Source: Planctomycetota bacterium (GTDB lineage Bacteria > Planctomycetota > UBA1135). Taken from it: a stretch of 61,992 nucleotides of DNA. The position numbers and the translations under genes are program-made. Positions within the stretch are counted from its first letter, which is position 1, and each line of letters opens with the position of its first letter. The notes below the pieces were generated by a model. It ran no database searches. It was not told the origin of the DNA and saw nothing but the letters and a program-made list of their open reading frames with translations. Location of the stretch: assembly GCA_049609225.1 (NCBI GenBank), contig JBMYYH010000003.1:1-61992 (forward strand), written 5' to 3'. Below are positions 10,676 to 22,761 of the stretch, piece by piece.

Positions 10676-12349
10676 ATGTTGATGCCGCTCCTTCTGGTCG
10701 GCCTGCTCACGCAGCAGCCCGATGCCTCCGACCCCACGCCCGCCCCAACTCCCGGGTTGTTGCGTCCATTGGCGGTGGTCAATCTTCCGGCACCAGGCCA
10801 AACTGCGCGCAAGTTGATCGACGGACCGTTGGTGAAGCGCCTGCTTGCCTCGAATGTGCTCGAACAGGTCCTGCAGGAACATGCGCCGGGTGCGCGTTCC
10901 GCCGTAGAGACTGGATGGTTGATGTTCTTCAAGCCGTTGGCGGGCGATGTCGCACTTTTCGTGGATAGCTTTGCCGGGGATGGCCTGCGCTTGTTGTTGC
11001 TGGAGGGCGTGGTCACGGATGGAGTGATCGGAGAACCACGTTGGGCAGTCATCGCCGATGGCTTCGATGCCGAGATCGCGATGGATTGCTTGAGCCCGGC
11101 TTTGCAGATGGCAGGCGTTGCGCGGCAATCGATGCGTGGGGATACCTGGACTGCAACCGTCGCTGAGCTGCATCTGATGCGTCAGGGGGATCGCTTCTTG
11201 CTGACGCAGGATCCCGCCTTGTTGCAGGCCCTGGCTGAAATCGATTCGAGTGCTTGGCATCCCGCGCCCGACACGCACGCCTTTGCCTCCACTCCCCACG
11301 CCGACCTGCAGGCATGGATGTCCGGCGAACTCCTGCGCGCGGATGGTTATCCAGAGCTACCGGAAGATGCCGGCGAGTCCTATCTCACCGGCGGCATGCA
11401 CGAAGTTTTGCGCACCGCTGATTGGATCGGCGCACGCTTCACGGTTGACGGCCAGGAACTCCGCTTGGATTTCGCCGCGCCTGCCGATCCGCAGATTCGC
11501 AAGACCCACGCACCCTTCTTCCCGGCAGTGGAGGAAGTTGCCATGCCGCAACTCGAACGGCGCATGATGCAAGGCGTCTTCACCCGCGATCTTGCGCATT
11601 GGTGGGCAGCCCGCAGTGAATACATGAACGAGCGTGGCTTGGCCGCGACCATCGAAGGCGACAGCAACCTCGCACTCCTGTTCGGGCGCGATGCCGGCTC
11701 CGAGGTCTTCCATCACCTCGAAAATCAGATCCTGCTGCTCGCCGCACCGTTGCCGCCCTCCGAATCCGCCAACCTGAGCGTGGAATATCCCGCCGGTGCC
11801 ATCGGTCTGCAGTTCAAGGAAAGTGCACCCGAGGATCTCGGCCAAGCCTTCTCCAATGCCTTCTTCGCCGCCATCACTTTCGCCAACTTCGAAGGTGGGG
11901 CGATGGATCAAGCCGCCTTGCAGATGGACATCCTGCCGGTCGATGGCGGGCGCATCTACACCGCCACTTACCCAACTCTGGAAGAAGGACGTAAGGCATC
12001 CGCGCGGTACAATTTCTCACCCGCCATGTTGGTCCGTGACGACGGCGCCTTGTGGGTCTCGAGTTCGCTCGGACTGCTGCAGGAAATCGCCGCCGCACCG
12101 ACTCGAGCGGTCACCGCCCAAGGCATGTGGATGCACTTCGAATTTCCAGAGATGCTCGCACTTGCCCAACGCGATCGCCCGCTCCTCGTAGCCAATCGCG
12201 TACTCGAGGAAGGCGGAGATGTCGAACGCGCCGAGCGCTTCATCGATGTCATCCTTGATGGCGCAGCCGCCCTCGGCCAAGCCTCTGTCCACAGTTTCCT
12301 CGACGAAGACGTCTTCCGCCTGAACCTCGCGCTCGACTTTCTTGATTGA
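10676..12349 (+). CDS. Secreted hypothetical protein
   Basis: 557-aa ORF with a signal-like N-terminus; overlaps the next gene, so probably operonic. Confidence 0.75.
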   Translation: MLMPLLLVGLLTQQPDASDPTPAPTPGLLRPLAVVNLPAPGQTARKLIDGPLVKRLLASNVLEQVLQEHAPGARSAVETGWLMFFKPLAGDVALFVDSFAGDGLRLLLLEGVVTDGVIGEPRWAVIADGFDAEIAMDCLSPALQMAGVARQSMRGDTWTATVAELHLMRQGDRFLLTQDPALLQALAEIDSSAWHPAPDTHAFASTPHADLQAWMSGELLRADGYPELPEDAGESYLTGGMHEVLRTADWIGARFTVDGQELRLDFAAPADPQIRKTHAPFFPAVEEVAMPQLERRMMQGVFTRDLAHWWAARSEYMNERGLAATIEGDSNLALLFGRDAGSEVFHHLENQILLLAAPLPPSESANLSVEYPAGAIGLQFKESAPEDLGQAFSNAFFAAITFANFEGGAMDQAALQMDILPVDGGRIYTATYPTLEEGRKASARYNFSPAMLVRDDGALWVSSSLGLLQEIAAAPTRAVTAQGMWMHFEFPEMLALAQRDRPLLVANRVLEEGGDVERAERFIDVILDGAAALGQASVHSFLDEDVFRLNLALDFLD

Positions 12350-13685
12350 TCCCATCAGTGCCCTCGAATCCTACGACCCGACCTTAGGTCACGGTCCGTG
12401 GGGTGCGCGTCAGGCGGCTCACTTGTTGAACCGCGCGGTGGGGGGCGCCAAGCCAGGGCAAGTTCAACAATTCGTCGAAGCTGGACCATTGCAGTCCCTC
12501 GACATCCTGTTCGAGCCGGATCAGGAAGTCCTCGAAGCCGCATGGATGGGCATCGGCGATCCGTTGGCGGCGGCGAATGATCGCGGCAAGCTCGCGGCCT
12601 GGTGGTTGATGAAGATGGTCCAAGACGATCGCGTCACCGGCAGCCGCTTGGCCTTGTTTTGGCATCATCATTTCGCCACGACTTGGAGCAAGGTGCAGTC
12701 GAGCGAGTTGATGTACGCGCAGCATCTGACCTTCCTCGAGAAGGGTTCTGGCTCCTTCGGCGAACTGCTGCAGGCGATGATGCGCGATCCCGCCATGCTG
12801 CGCTTCCTCGACAACGACAGTAACCGTCGTGGCTTGCCGAACGAAAACCTCGCGCGCGAGTTGATGGAGTTGTTCTCCCTCGGCGTCGGCAACTACAGCG
12901 AGGTCGATGTGCAGGAGGCCGCGCGCGCGCTCACCGGTCGGTCGGTGCGCAAGGAGCGGTATCGTTTCGTCGAGCTGCACCATGATCCGGATCCAAAGAC
13001 GGTGCTGGACGAAGCCGTGATGGATGGCGATGACCTGGTCAACGTCGTGTTGAAGCAGGAGGTGTGTCCGAAGTTCCTGGCGCGGAAGTTTTGGGAGTTC
13101 TACGTCGGACCGCAGGTCGAGGAAGAAGTGCTGGAACTGTTGGCATCGCGATGGCGCGAGCAGGATCTGGATATCACTTGGTTGTTGCGCACCATGCTCG
13201 GCAGCCGCGCCTTCCACGACACCATCATGGTCCGCGCCGTAGTGAAATCACCGGTCGATCTGGTGGTCGGCACCATGCGATCCTTGGGCGGGCGTCCTGA
13301 TCCACATTCCCTCGAATTGGCCTGCGAAAAGATGGGGCAAGTGCTGTTCGAGCCTCCCGGCGTGCAAGGCTGGGCTGGTGGAGAGGCTTGGATCCACACT
13401 GCGGCATGGATTGAACGCACGCGGTTTGCGGCAGACGTCGCAGCAGGGCGTCATGACTATCTGCGCAAAGCACCACTCCAACAGTTGTTCCCCACCGCCC
13501 GACGCGTGGTGTTGGAGCACGGCATGGATGACATGCTCCAAGCCCTCATCCCCGGAGGCATCGCACCTTCCCGACGTCGTGCTTTGCTTGCTACCCTGGA
13601 TACCTTAGGCCGCACCCCCGATGCACGACTCTTCGAGGAGATGGCCTATGCCATTCTCTGCTTGCCGGAGTACCACCTGTCATGA
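12342..13685 (+). CDS. DUF1800 family protein
   Basis: AAHLLNRA, LFWHHHFAT, DPAMLRFLDN, PNENLARELMELFSLG, ARALTG, PPGVQGW, C-terminal PEYHL. Confidence 0.9.
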   Translation: MIDPISALESYDPTLGHGPWGARQAAHLLNRAVGGAKPGQVQQFVEAGPLQSLDILFEPDQEVLEAAWMGIGDPLAAANDRGKLAAWWLMKMVQDDRVTGSRLALFWHHHFATTWSKVQSSELMYAQHLTFLEKGSGSFGELLQAMMRDPAMLRFLDNDSNRRGLPNENLARELMELFSLGVGNYSEVDVQEAARALTGRSVRKERYRFVELHHDPDPKTVLDEAVMDGDDLVNVVLKQEVCPKFLARKFWEFYVGPQVEEEVLELLASRWREQDLDITWLLRTMLGSRAFHDTIMVRAVVKSPVDLVVGTMRSLGGRPDPHSLELACEKMGQVLFEPPGVQGWAGGEAWIHTAAWIERTRFAADVAAGRHDYLRKAPLQQLFPTARRVVLEHGMDDMLQALIPGGIAPSRRRALLATLDTLGRTPDARLFEEMAYAILCLPEYHLS

Positions 13686-14872
13686 GCCTTAGCCGCCGCG
13701 ATTTCCTCCGCACTTCCGCCCTCGCCGGCGCCGGTGCTTTGGTCCTGCCGCAATTCGGTTGGAGCATGCCGCGTGATTCGCAGGACCGACGCCTGGTGCT
13801 CCTCTTCCTCGACGGCGGCAATGATGGACTCAACACCATCATCCCGCACGAGGATGATCTTTATCACAAAGCGCGGCCGAAACTCAGCTTCGCCAAGGAT
13901 CAAGTCGTGCGTCTGACCGACCAATTCGGTCTGCACCCTGAGTTGGCTGCTTGGCGCTTCCTACATCAAGGTGGCGCATTGTCGGTCATTCACGGTGTCG
14001 GTTATGACCGCCCCGATCTCTCCCACTTCACTTCGCGCGACATCTGGCATTACGGCATGCGCGGTCAGGTCACTCCAGACAGTCGCCTGCAAAGTGGATG
14101 GGTAGGCCGAGCCTTCCATGCCCAAGGCGGAAGCAGCCTGCCACCCGTCGCGATGGGCACTGCGGAAGCGCCCTTACTCCTGAAGCATCGTGATGGTGGC
14201 GGCCTGACGATGACCGATCTGTCGAGCCTGCAGATTGAACGCACGCCGCGCATTCCCATGGAAGGTGCGGTCGCAGGGCCTTTGGCCAAGATCGGGCAAG
14301 CCTCGCGCGACGCCTACGAGACTGCCGAGAAACTGCAGAAGGCTGCGTCCAAGATTCCGGCGGGAGAAGGTTATCCCGATTCCGGTTTGGGTGATCGCCT
14401 ACGCTTGGCGGCAAGACTGGTGCGTGCCGAAAACGGGCCGCCCGTGTGCTGGACCAAGCTCGGTGGATTCGACACCCATGCCCTGCAGGCCGGAACGCAT
14501 GCTTCCCTGCTGCACCAAGTGGGGGAAGCCACCGCAGCATTCCTCGCCGACCTCGCGCGGGATGGCACCGACCAACGCACCTTGCTGCTGATCTACTCCG
14601 AGTTCGGGCGCCGCGTGGCGGAAAACGGATCGGCCGGCACTGACCACGGCACTGCCGGCCCGGTCTTCGCTTTAGGTGGTGGCGTGCAAGGTGGACTGCA
14701 TGGCGTCGCCCCGAATCTTGCGGACCTTGATGCGGGCAACCTGCGCCATACCAGCGATTTCCGTGCGGTATTCAGCGAAGCCGTGCGCGATTGGATGGGC
14801 TGGTCCGCCCAAGGCCTGTTCGATGGCGATTTCGCCGACGGCAAGGCGAAGGTCGGATTCCTGGCTTCCTGA
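13682..14872 (+). CDS. DUF1501 family protein with Tat signal peptide
   Basis: SRRDFLR twin-arginine motif; GGNDGLN, SHF, GGFDTH, SEFGRR, GTDHG, DFRAV. Confidence 0.92.
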   Translation: MSLSRRDFLRTSALAGAGALVLPQFGWSMPRDSQDRRLVLLFLDGGNDGLNTIIPHEDDLYHKARPKLSFAKDQVVRLTDQFGLHPELAAWRFLHQGGALSVIHGVGYDRPDLSHFTSRDIWHYGMRGQVTPDSRLQSGWVGRAFHAQGGSSLPPVAMGTAEAPLLLKHRDGGGLTMTDLSSLQIERTPRIPMEGAVAGPLAKIGQASRDAYETAEKLQKAASKIPAGEGYPDSGLGDRLRLAARLVRAENGPPVCWTKLGGFDTHALQAGTHASLLHQVGEATAAFLADLARDGTDQRTLLLIYSEFGRRVAENGSAGTDHGTAGPVFALGGGVQGGLHGVAPNLADLDAGNLRHTSDFRAVFSEAVRDWMGWSAQGLFDGDFADGKAKVGFLAS

Positions 14873-14902
14873 AATCCTCCTTCACCTTGCCACAGACTTC
14901 GA

Positions 14903-17194
<2,292 letters not shown>

Positions 17195-17222
17195 CTAGAG
17201 GACGACGTCATCGTTCTGACTT

Positions 17223-17675
17223 ATGGCTTCACGAGACCAAAATCAACGCCTAGACGACCTGATGGGGGGGTACGCCGACACCGGTTTGCCTCTGACAGCC
17301 CAGCGTCGCGCACTTCTAGAGGTGTTGGCCTCTCGCGAGGATCACCCCACCGTGGATCTCATTTTCGAAGCTCTTGCACAGCGAATCCCTGAGGTATCGC
17401 GGACCACGGTGTACCGATCCTTGGAGACCATGGCGGGCCTCGGCCTCTTGAATCGGGTGGAGCACCCTGGATCTGCCGTCCGTTTTGACCCGAATACGGC
17501 ACCGCATCATCACTTCCTTTGTTCCCTTTGCGGAGCATTGAGGGATTTACCGGACTCTGCTCTCACAGGAGCGGCCGAGCTGGCTTTCCACCCCGATGGC
17601 CCTTACCTGGCTCAAGAAATCTCGATTTTGGTGCGCGGGCATTGTCAATCCTGCGCGACTCCGGCTGTGGAGTAG
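17223..17675 (+). CDS. Fur-family regulator (PerR/FurA-like), divergent from katG
   Basis: LTAQRRALL, DHPT, SRTTVYRSL, HHHFLCSLCG and CQSC zinc sites. Confidence 0.92.
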   Translation: MASRDQNQRLDDLMGGYADTGLPLTAQRRALLEVLASREDHPTVDLIFEALAQRIPEVSRTTVYRSLETMAGLGLLNRVEHPGSAVRFDPNTAPHHHFLCSLCGALRDLPDSALTGAAELAFHPDGPYLAQEISILVRGHCQSCATPAVE

Positions 17676-17711
17676 CGAGCGAGCCCATCAAGGCTGCAGG
17701 CAACCCGCTTG

Positions 17712-17780
17712 AAAAGAAAATAGCCCGCCCGAACCGTGTCGATATTTCCCCCATCGACGGAATCGGTTCGGAACAGGCTA
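17712..17780 (-). terminator. Long hairpin with U-tract
   Basis: Minus strand TAGCCTGTTCCGAACCG...CGGTTCGGGCGGGCTA followed by TTTTCTTTT. Confidence 0.65.
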
Positions 17781-17820
17781 AACTCCTTATCCCATGTGGG
17801 CTCCATGGAGCCCGATGTTG
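17712..17820 (-). ncRNA. Candidate small RNA of unknown family
   Basis: Lies between a sigma54-like promoter (17832-17847) and a long hairpin with a U-tract (17712-17780) on the minus strand, while both flanking genes are on the plus strand. Confidence 0.5.
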
Positions 17821-17831
17821 TCCTAAGGGTT

Positions 17832-17847
17832 ACAACTAGCGTGCCAA
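17832..17847 (-). promoter_or_regulatory. Sigma54 (-24/-12)-like promoter
   Basis: TTGGCACG-CTAG-TTGT against the consensus TGGCACG-N4-TTGC; one mismatch, at -12. Confidence 0.55.
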
Positions 17848-17952
17848 CTTCATGGTTCCTAGGGTTGGCGGCGTGATGCACCCGCGCCGCACGGCGAGTG
17901 CGAAACCGCACCGCAGCTTGTTTAGCGCACCTCTGGGGGGTAGCCTGCAGCG

Positions 17953-18984
17953 ATGAGCTCCACCCGCAAGCAGCGCTTGATCCCGGAGCTGGCCTTTGCC
18001 TATCTGCTGCCCATGCCCGCCCTATTGGCCGGATTGTGGTGGGCCTTGGTGTTCACAGCCATTTCGACGACCCTGGCTTGGGCCGGAGATGTCGTGATTC
18101 TCAAGACATTGGCCGACGGCACCACACGTCCGAGCACCTTGATGATCCTGATGGCGGTTTCCTCGCTCATGTTGGGAATGCTCCCAGCCATCATTCGGCT
18201 CTCGACCGCGGCTGAATTTTGGGAGTTCCACAGTCCGCGGCCACTGAAGGCACGGCTGCGCTGGCGCAAGGAAGTGGAAGGCATCCGCACTCAGGAAAGC
18301 GTGGCGAAAACCGGTCTGGCCAACATCCTGGGCATTGTGGGTGGCTGTGCCGTTAGCGGCCTGGTCCTCCTGGAAGGGGAGTGGCATTTGGCGCTGCATC
18401 CGACGCTGGCCTGGGCTTGCCTCCAGATGGTGGGGTTGTTTTTGCTTCTGTTTCGCGGGATCGCACTCAATCGTGAAGCTAGCCGCAAGCGTAAATATCA
18501 GGTTGAAGCCGCATCCACCGTGGATTTACTTGATCTGAGCCCGCAATACCGGGCCGCCCGCTTCGCCATGCGCGGCGGCATGACCTGGCTGGCCGGCGCA
18601 ACCCTCAGCTCCCTCTTCCTCCTCGTCGGCGGCATATGGCTGACGAATTCCATCCTCGTGGTCGTCACGATTCTGGCCTCGTTGAGTCTGCTGCCGCCGC
18701 TGCTCCATGTGCAAAGCCACATTCGTCGAGCCAAACGCGAGGAATTGGAGCGTTTGCGCGCGGAAGTTCTTCCGTTAAGGGACCGCGTCCTCGCTGGCGA
18801 AGAGCAACAAGGCGGACGTCTAGCTGACCTTCTTTCCTACCTTCATTACGTCGAGGCGCTGCCGGAAATGCCATTTGATAAGGGCAAGGTCGCGACTTGG
18901 TCGCTTTACTTCGCGGTGCCGCTGGGATCTTGGCTGTGGATAAGCGGAGTTCAGGCACTGCTTGGCGTCTTCGGGGGTGGATAG
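17953..18984 (+). CDS. Multi-pass membrane protein, hypothetical
   Basis: 343 aa with several hydrophobic helices. Confidence 0.75.
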   Translation: MSSTRKQRLIPELAFAYLLPMPALLAGLWWALVFTAISTTLAWAGDVVILKTLADGTTRPSTLMILMAVSSLMLGMLPAIIRLSTAAEFWEFHSPRPLKARLRWRKEVEGIRTQESVAKTGLANILGIVGGCAVSGLVLLEGEWHLALHPTLAWACLQMVGLFLLLFRGIALNREASRKRKYQVEAASTVDLLDLSPQYRAARFAMRGGMTWLAGATLSSLFLLVGGIWLTNSILVVVTILASLSLLPPLLHVQSHIRRAKREELERLRAEVLPLRDRVLAGEEQQGGRLADLLSYLHYVEALPEMPFDKGKVATWSLYFAVPLGSWLWISGVQALLGVFGGG

Positions 18985-19073
18985 GCCCCCAGAGTGTCGA
19001 TAAAGAGAGGTAGAATGTCCGGTTCCGAAGGGGTAGTTCGACCCTTTCGACCCCGGAAAACCGGGAAAATGGC

Positions 19074-22000
19074 ATGAGCATCGATTTCGAGGAGCAATTC
19101 GGCGTCAACGCCGGATACGTCGAGTCCCTTTACGAGCAATGGCTGCGTGAGCCGAGCTCGGTGGATGGGGAATGGGCCCAATGGTTCAAGGCGGTCGACC
19201 CGCAGGCTACCGGCATGGCGTCGAAGGCCCGGGCGGAGAGTGCGGCCACGGCTACGGCTACCGCGCCGACCGAACCTGAAAGGAAGGCGGCCTCGACTCC
19301 GGAGGTTTCCGAAGTCGACACCGAGCCTCTGCGTGGCATCGCGTCGAAGATCGCGGCCAACATGAACGCGAGCCTGAATGTGCCAACCGCAACGTCGGTG
19401 CGCACGATTCCAGTGAAGGTGCTGGATGAGAACCGGCGCATCATCAATGCGCACATGCGCGATCGCGCGCTGGGCAAGGCTTCGTACACGCACTTCATCG
19501 CTTATGCGATGGTCAAGGCCGTGGCCGAGATGCCGAACGTGCAGTCCTACTACCTGGAGCAGGATGGCAAGGGCTTCCGCATGACGCCGCAGAAAGTCAA
19601 CATCGGCATGGCGATCGATGTCGGCCAGGCGGGCAAGCGCAGTCTGGTGGTGCCGAGCATCAAGGATGCCGGCTCGATGAACTTCAAGGAGTTCTTCGAC
19701 GGTTATCAGGATGTCGTCCGCCGTGGTCGGGAAGGCAAACTGACGGCCGCGGATTTCTCGGGAACCACTTTCAGCCTTACCAACCCCGGTGGTTTCGGAA
19801 CCGAAGCCAGTGTGCCGCGGTTGATGGAAGGGCAAGGCTTGATCCTCGCTACGGGTTCGATTGGCGTGCCGGTGCAGGCGCGCAACATGAACCCGACCAT
19901 GCTCGCCGAGATCGCGATGGGTCCGGTGATGACGATCACCAGTACTTATGATCACCGTACGGTGCAGGGTGCTGAGTCCGGTCTGCTGCTGAAGCGGATC
20001 GAAGAGCTGCTTTCCGGCGGCGATGATTTCTGGGCCGACATCTTCCGCGTGTTGCGGGTGCCGTGGAAGCCAGCGCATATCGATGAGGACCATCATCAGG
20101 TCAATCACGATGACAGTGCTTCGCAGCAGGCCAAGGTGTGGCAGATGATGGGCGCCTACCGCACCCGCGGTTGCCAACTCGCCGACCTCGACCCGCTCGA
20201 GTACCGCCCCGACATGCTGCCGTCGCTCGATCCGAGTTGGTACGGCTTCACCATCTGGGACCTCGATCGCGAGTTCCTGACCGATGGCATGTGCGGCAAG
20301 AAGTCGATGACGCTGCGCGAGATCCTTGAGGTGCTGCGCGAGACCTACTGCCGTCGTTGGACTCTCGAGTACATGCACATCGCCAACCGCAAGCGTAAGC
20401 ATTGGCTGCGCGCGCGCGTGGAGGAGCGTCGCAACGAGGATGTCTTCGAAGTCGATCATCGCAAGCGCATTCTGCAGCGCTTGGTGAAGGCTGAGAACTT
20501 CGAACAGTTCCTGCACACGCGCTATCCCGGCAACAAGCGTTTCAGCCTGGAAGGAGCCGATACGCTCATCCCTGCACTCGGCGAGATCATCGACCGCGCT
20601 GCAGCTTCGGGTGTCGAGCGCGTGATCATCGGCATGGCGCACCGCGGTCGCCTGAACGTGCTGGCGAACATCCTCAATAAGTCGTATCGCAAGATCTTCG
20701 GCGAGTTCGAGGGCGTGTTGCTGCCTGGCGAGTCGGAAGGTTCCGGTGACGTGAAGTATCACCTCGGTCAGCGCGGCAAGTTCACCACTCCAGATGGCAA
20801 GGAAGTCGAAGTCATCCTCGCGGCGAACCCTTCGCATTTGGAAGCGGTGGACCCGGTGGTGTGTGGCGAAGTCCGTGCCTACCAGGACATGGAAGGAGAT
20901 GTCGAGCGCCGGAAGACCTTGGGCATTCTGGTTCACGGCGATGCTGCCTTTACCGGTCAAGGTGTGGTCGCCGAGACCTTGCAGATGTCGGAGCTACCGG
21001 CATTCCATACCGGCGGAACCATTCACTTGGTGGTGAACAACCAGGTCGGCTTTACCGCTGGCCCGCGCGATCTCTACAGCACCTACTACTGCACCGACAT
21101 CGCCAAGATGGTGCAGGCTCCGGTCCTGCACGCCAATGGCGATGCTCCGGAAGCGGTGATGCGCTCGACTCATGTCGCGGTCGATTATCAGCGCGAGTTT
21201 GGCGCCGATGTGGTCATCGACATGGTCTGCTACCGCCGACGCGGACACAACGAAGGGGATGAGCCGATGTACACGCAGCCGCTGCTGTACCAGCGCATCG
21301 CGGATCACGCTTCGGTGAGGCGTCACTACATCTCCCTGCTGATCCGTCGTGGGATGATGACGCGCGAAGAATGCGATGCAGTGGGTGAAGAATTCGATGC
21401 CGAACTGCGCGCTGCCTTGGAGGCCTCGCGTGAGGAAGCGCAGAACGCGAAGGCTGCTCCGGATTCCTCCGAGATCTCGGTCCCGGAAGAGGCATGGAGC
21501 GATGCGGACTATGAGTGTGGTCCACAGTTGCAGGTTCCCGCAGCCACCGCCGACGGCTTGCGCAGCTTGATCGAACGCACCAATGCCATGCCGGAAGGCC
21601 ATGTGGTGCACCCGAACCTCCTGCGTCAGCTCAAGCGTCGCGAGGAAATGGTTGGAGGCGACCGCGATCTTGATTGGGGTTGTGCCGAGACTTTGGCATG
21701 GGGTTGTTTGATTGAAGAAGGTGTGGGCGTGCGTCTGGAAGGACAAGATGCCGGCCGTGGAACCTTCAGTCATCGCCATGCCGTCATCCGCGACCAGACC
21801 ACCGCTACCGATCATGTGCCGCTCGCGCATCTGAAGGATGGCGTGCACGTGGAGTTCCGTGATTCCCTCTTGAGCGAGGAGGCAGCGCTCGGTTTCGAGT
21901 ATGGCTATGCCCTGGCGGACCAGAAGGACATGGTGGTTTGGGAAGCGCAGTTCGGCGATTTCGCCAACGGCGCGCAGATCCCGATCGACCAGTTCCTCTC

Positions 22001-22706
22001 CGCAGGTGCAGCGAAGTGGGGCCAACATGTCGGCCTGACCATGTTGTTGCCGCACGGTTACGACGGTCAGGGCCCGGAGCACTCCAATGCACGTCCGGAA
22101 CGCTTCCTGCAGTTGGCTGCGGAAGGCAACTTTACCTTGGCGAACTGCTCGACTGCGGCGCAGTACTTCCACTTGCTCCGACGTCAGGGCCACACCATCG
22201 CGGAAACCGATGGCTCCGATTCCTGGCGCCGCCCATTGGTGGTATTCACGCCGAAGTCGCTGTTGCGCGATCCACGTGCCGCTAGCCCGATCGAGGATTT
22301 CCTCACCGATGGCTTCGAACCTCTGTTGGTCGACGAGACTTCGGACAAGGTGGAGCGCATCATCTTCTGCAGCGGCAAGGTCGCGCATGATCTCGCCGAC
22401 TACCAGAAGGAGCATGGCATCGAAGGCGTGCTGTTGGCGCGCCTGGAGCAGCTCTACCCATTCCCGAAGGAGCGTGTCGCAGTCTTGCTCGCCGCGCATC
22501 CGGATGCGGAGTTGGTTTGGTGTCAGGAAGAGCCACGCAACATGGGGCCATGGGCCTCGATGCTGCAGCGCTTCCGGGATCTGCAGTGGAAGCTGCACTT
22601 CGTCGGACGTGCCTCTGCCGCCAGCCCGGCCACCGGAAGCTACAAGCGCCACCACGCCGAACAGGCGAAGCTGGTCGCTGAGGCTTTTGGCGAGCTGAAG
22701 GGCTAG
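19074..22706 (+). CDS. kgd: Multifunctional 2-oxoglutarate dehydrogenase with fused succinyltransferase (E2) and E1 domains (Kgd/OdhA type)
   Basis: N-terminal FGVNAGYV; E2 catalytic TYDHRTVQGAESG; E1 motifs KRFSLEG, GMAHRGRLN, GDVKYHLG, ThDP-binding HGDAAF...NNQ, WEAQFGDF, SPATG. Confidence 0.95.
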   Translation: MSIDFEEQFGVNAGYVESLYEQWLREPSSVDGEWAQWFKAVDPQATGMASKARAESAATATATAPTEPERKAASTPEVSEVDTEPLRGIASKIAANMNASLNVPTATSVRTIPVKVLDENRRIINAHMRDRALGKASYTHFIAYAMVKAVAEMPNVQSYYLEQDGKGFRMTPQKVNIGMAIDVGQAGKRSLVVPSIKDAGSMNFKEFFDGYQDVVRRGREGKLTAADFSGTTFSLTNPGGFGTEASVPRLMEGQGLILATGSIGVPVQARNMNPTMLAEIAMGPVMTITSTYDHRTVQGAESGLLLKRIEELLSGGDDFWADIFRVLRVPWKPAHIDEDHHQVNHDDSASQQAKVWQMMGAYRTRGCQLADLDPLEYRPDMLPSLDPSWYGFTIWDLDREFLTDGMCGKKSMTLREILEVLRETYCRRWTLEYMHIANRKRKHWLRARVEERRNEDVFEVDHRKRILQRLVKAENFEQFLHTRYPGNKRFSLEGADTLIPALGEIIDRAAASGVERVIIGMAHRGRLNVLANILNKSYRKIFGEFEGVLLPGESEGSGDVKYHLGQRGKFTTPDGKEVEVILAANPSHLEAVDPVVCGEVRAYQDMEGDVERRKTLGILVHGDAAFTGQGVVAETLQMSELPAFHTGGTIHLVVNNQVGFTAGPRDLYSTYYCTDIAKMVQAPVLHANGDAPEAVMRSTHVAVDYQREFGADVVIDMVCYRRRGHNEGDEPMYTQPLLYQRIADHASVRRHYISLLIRRGMMTREECDAVGEEFDAELRAALEASREEAQNAKAAPDSSEISVPEEAWSDADYECGPQLQVPAATADGLRSLIERTNAMPEGHVVHPNLLRQLKRREEMVGGDRDLDWGCAETLAWGCLIEEGVGVRLEGQDAGRGTFSHRHAVIRDQTTATDHVPLAHLKDGVHVEFRDSLLSEEAALGFEYGYALADQKDMVVWEAQFGDFANGAQIPIDQFLSAGAAKWGQHVGLTMLLPHGYDGQGPEHSNARPERFLQLAAEGNFTLANCSTAAQYFHLLRRQGHTIAETDGSDSWRRPLVVFTPKSLLRDPRAASPIEDFLTDGFEPLLVDETSDKVERIIFCSGKVAHDLADYQKEHGIEGVLLARLEQLYPFPKERVAVLLAAHPDAELVWCQEEPRNMGPWASMLQRFRDLQWKLHFVGRASAASPATGSYKRHHAEQAKLVAEAFGELKG

Positions 22707-22728
22707 GTCGGTCCAGACAAAAAAACGG

Positions 22729-22761
22729 AAGGGGTGTCGTCGTCCGCGGCAACACCCCTTT
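22729..22761 (+). terminator. Hairpin after kgd (probable terminator), abutting the next ATG
   Basis: AAGGGGTGT...ACACCCCTT inverted repeat followed by TTT, with an A-run upstream. Confidence 0.55.

Noticed and set aside
17645-17806. Possible 53-aa minus-strand peptide (MEPTWDKEF...) within the sRNA candidate
   Set aside because: Its ATG is inside a palindrome, it runs through the terminator and overlaps the fur gene; a non-coding reading fits better, though a peptide is not strictly excluded
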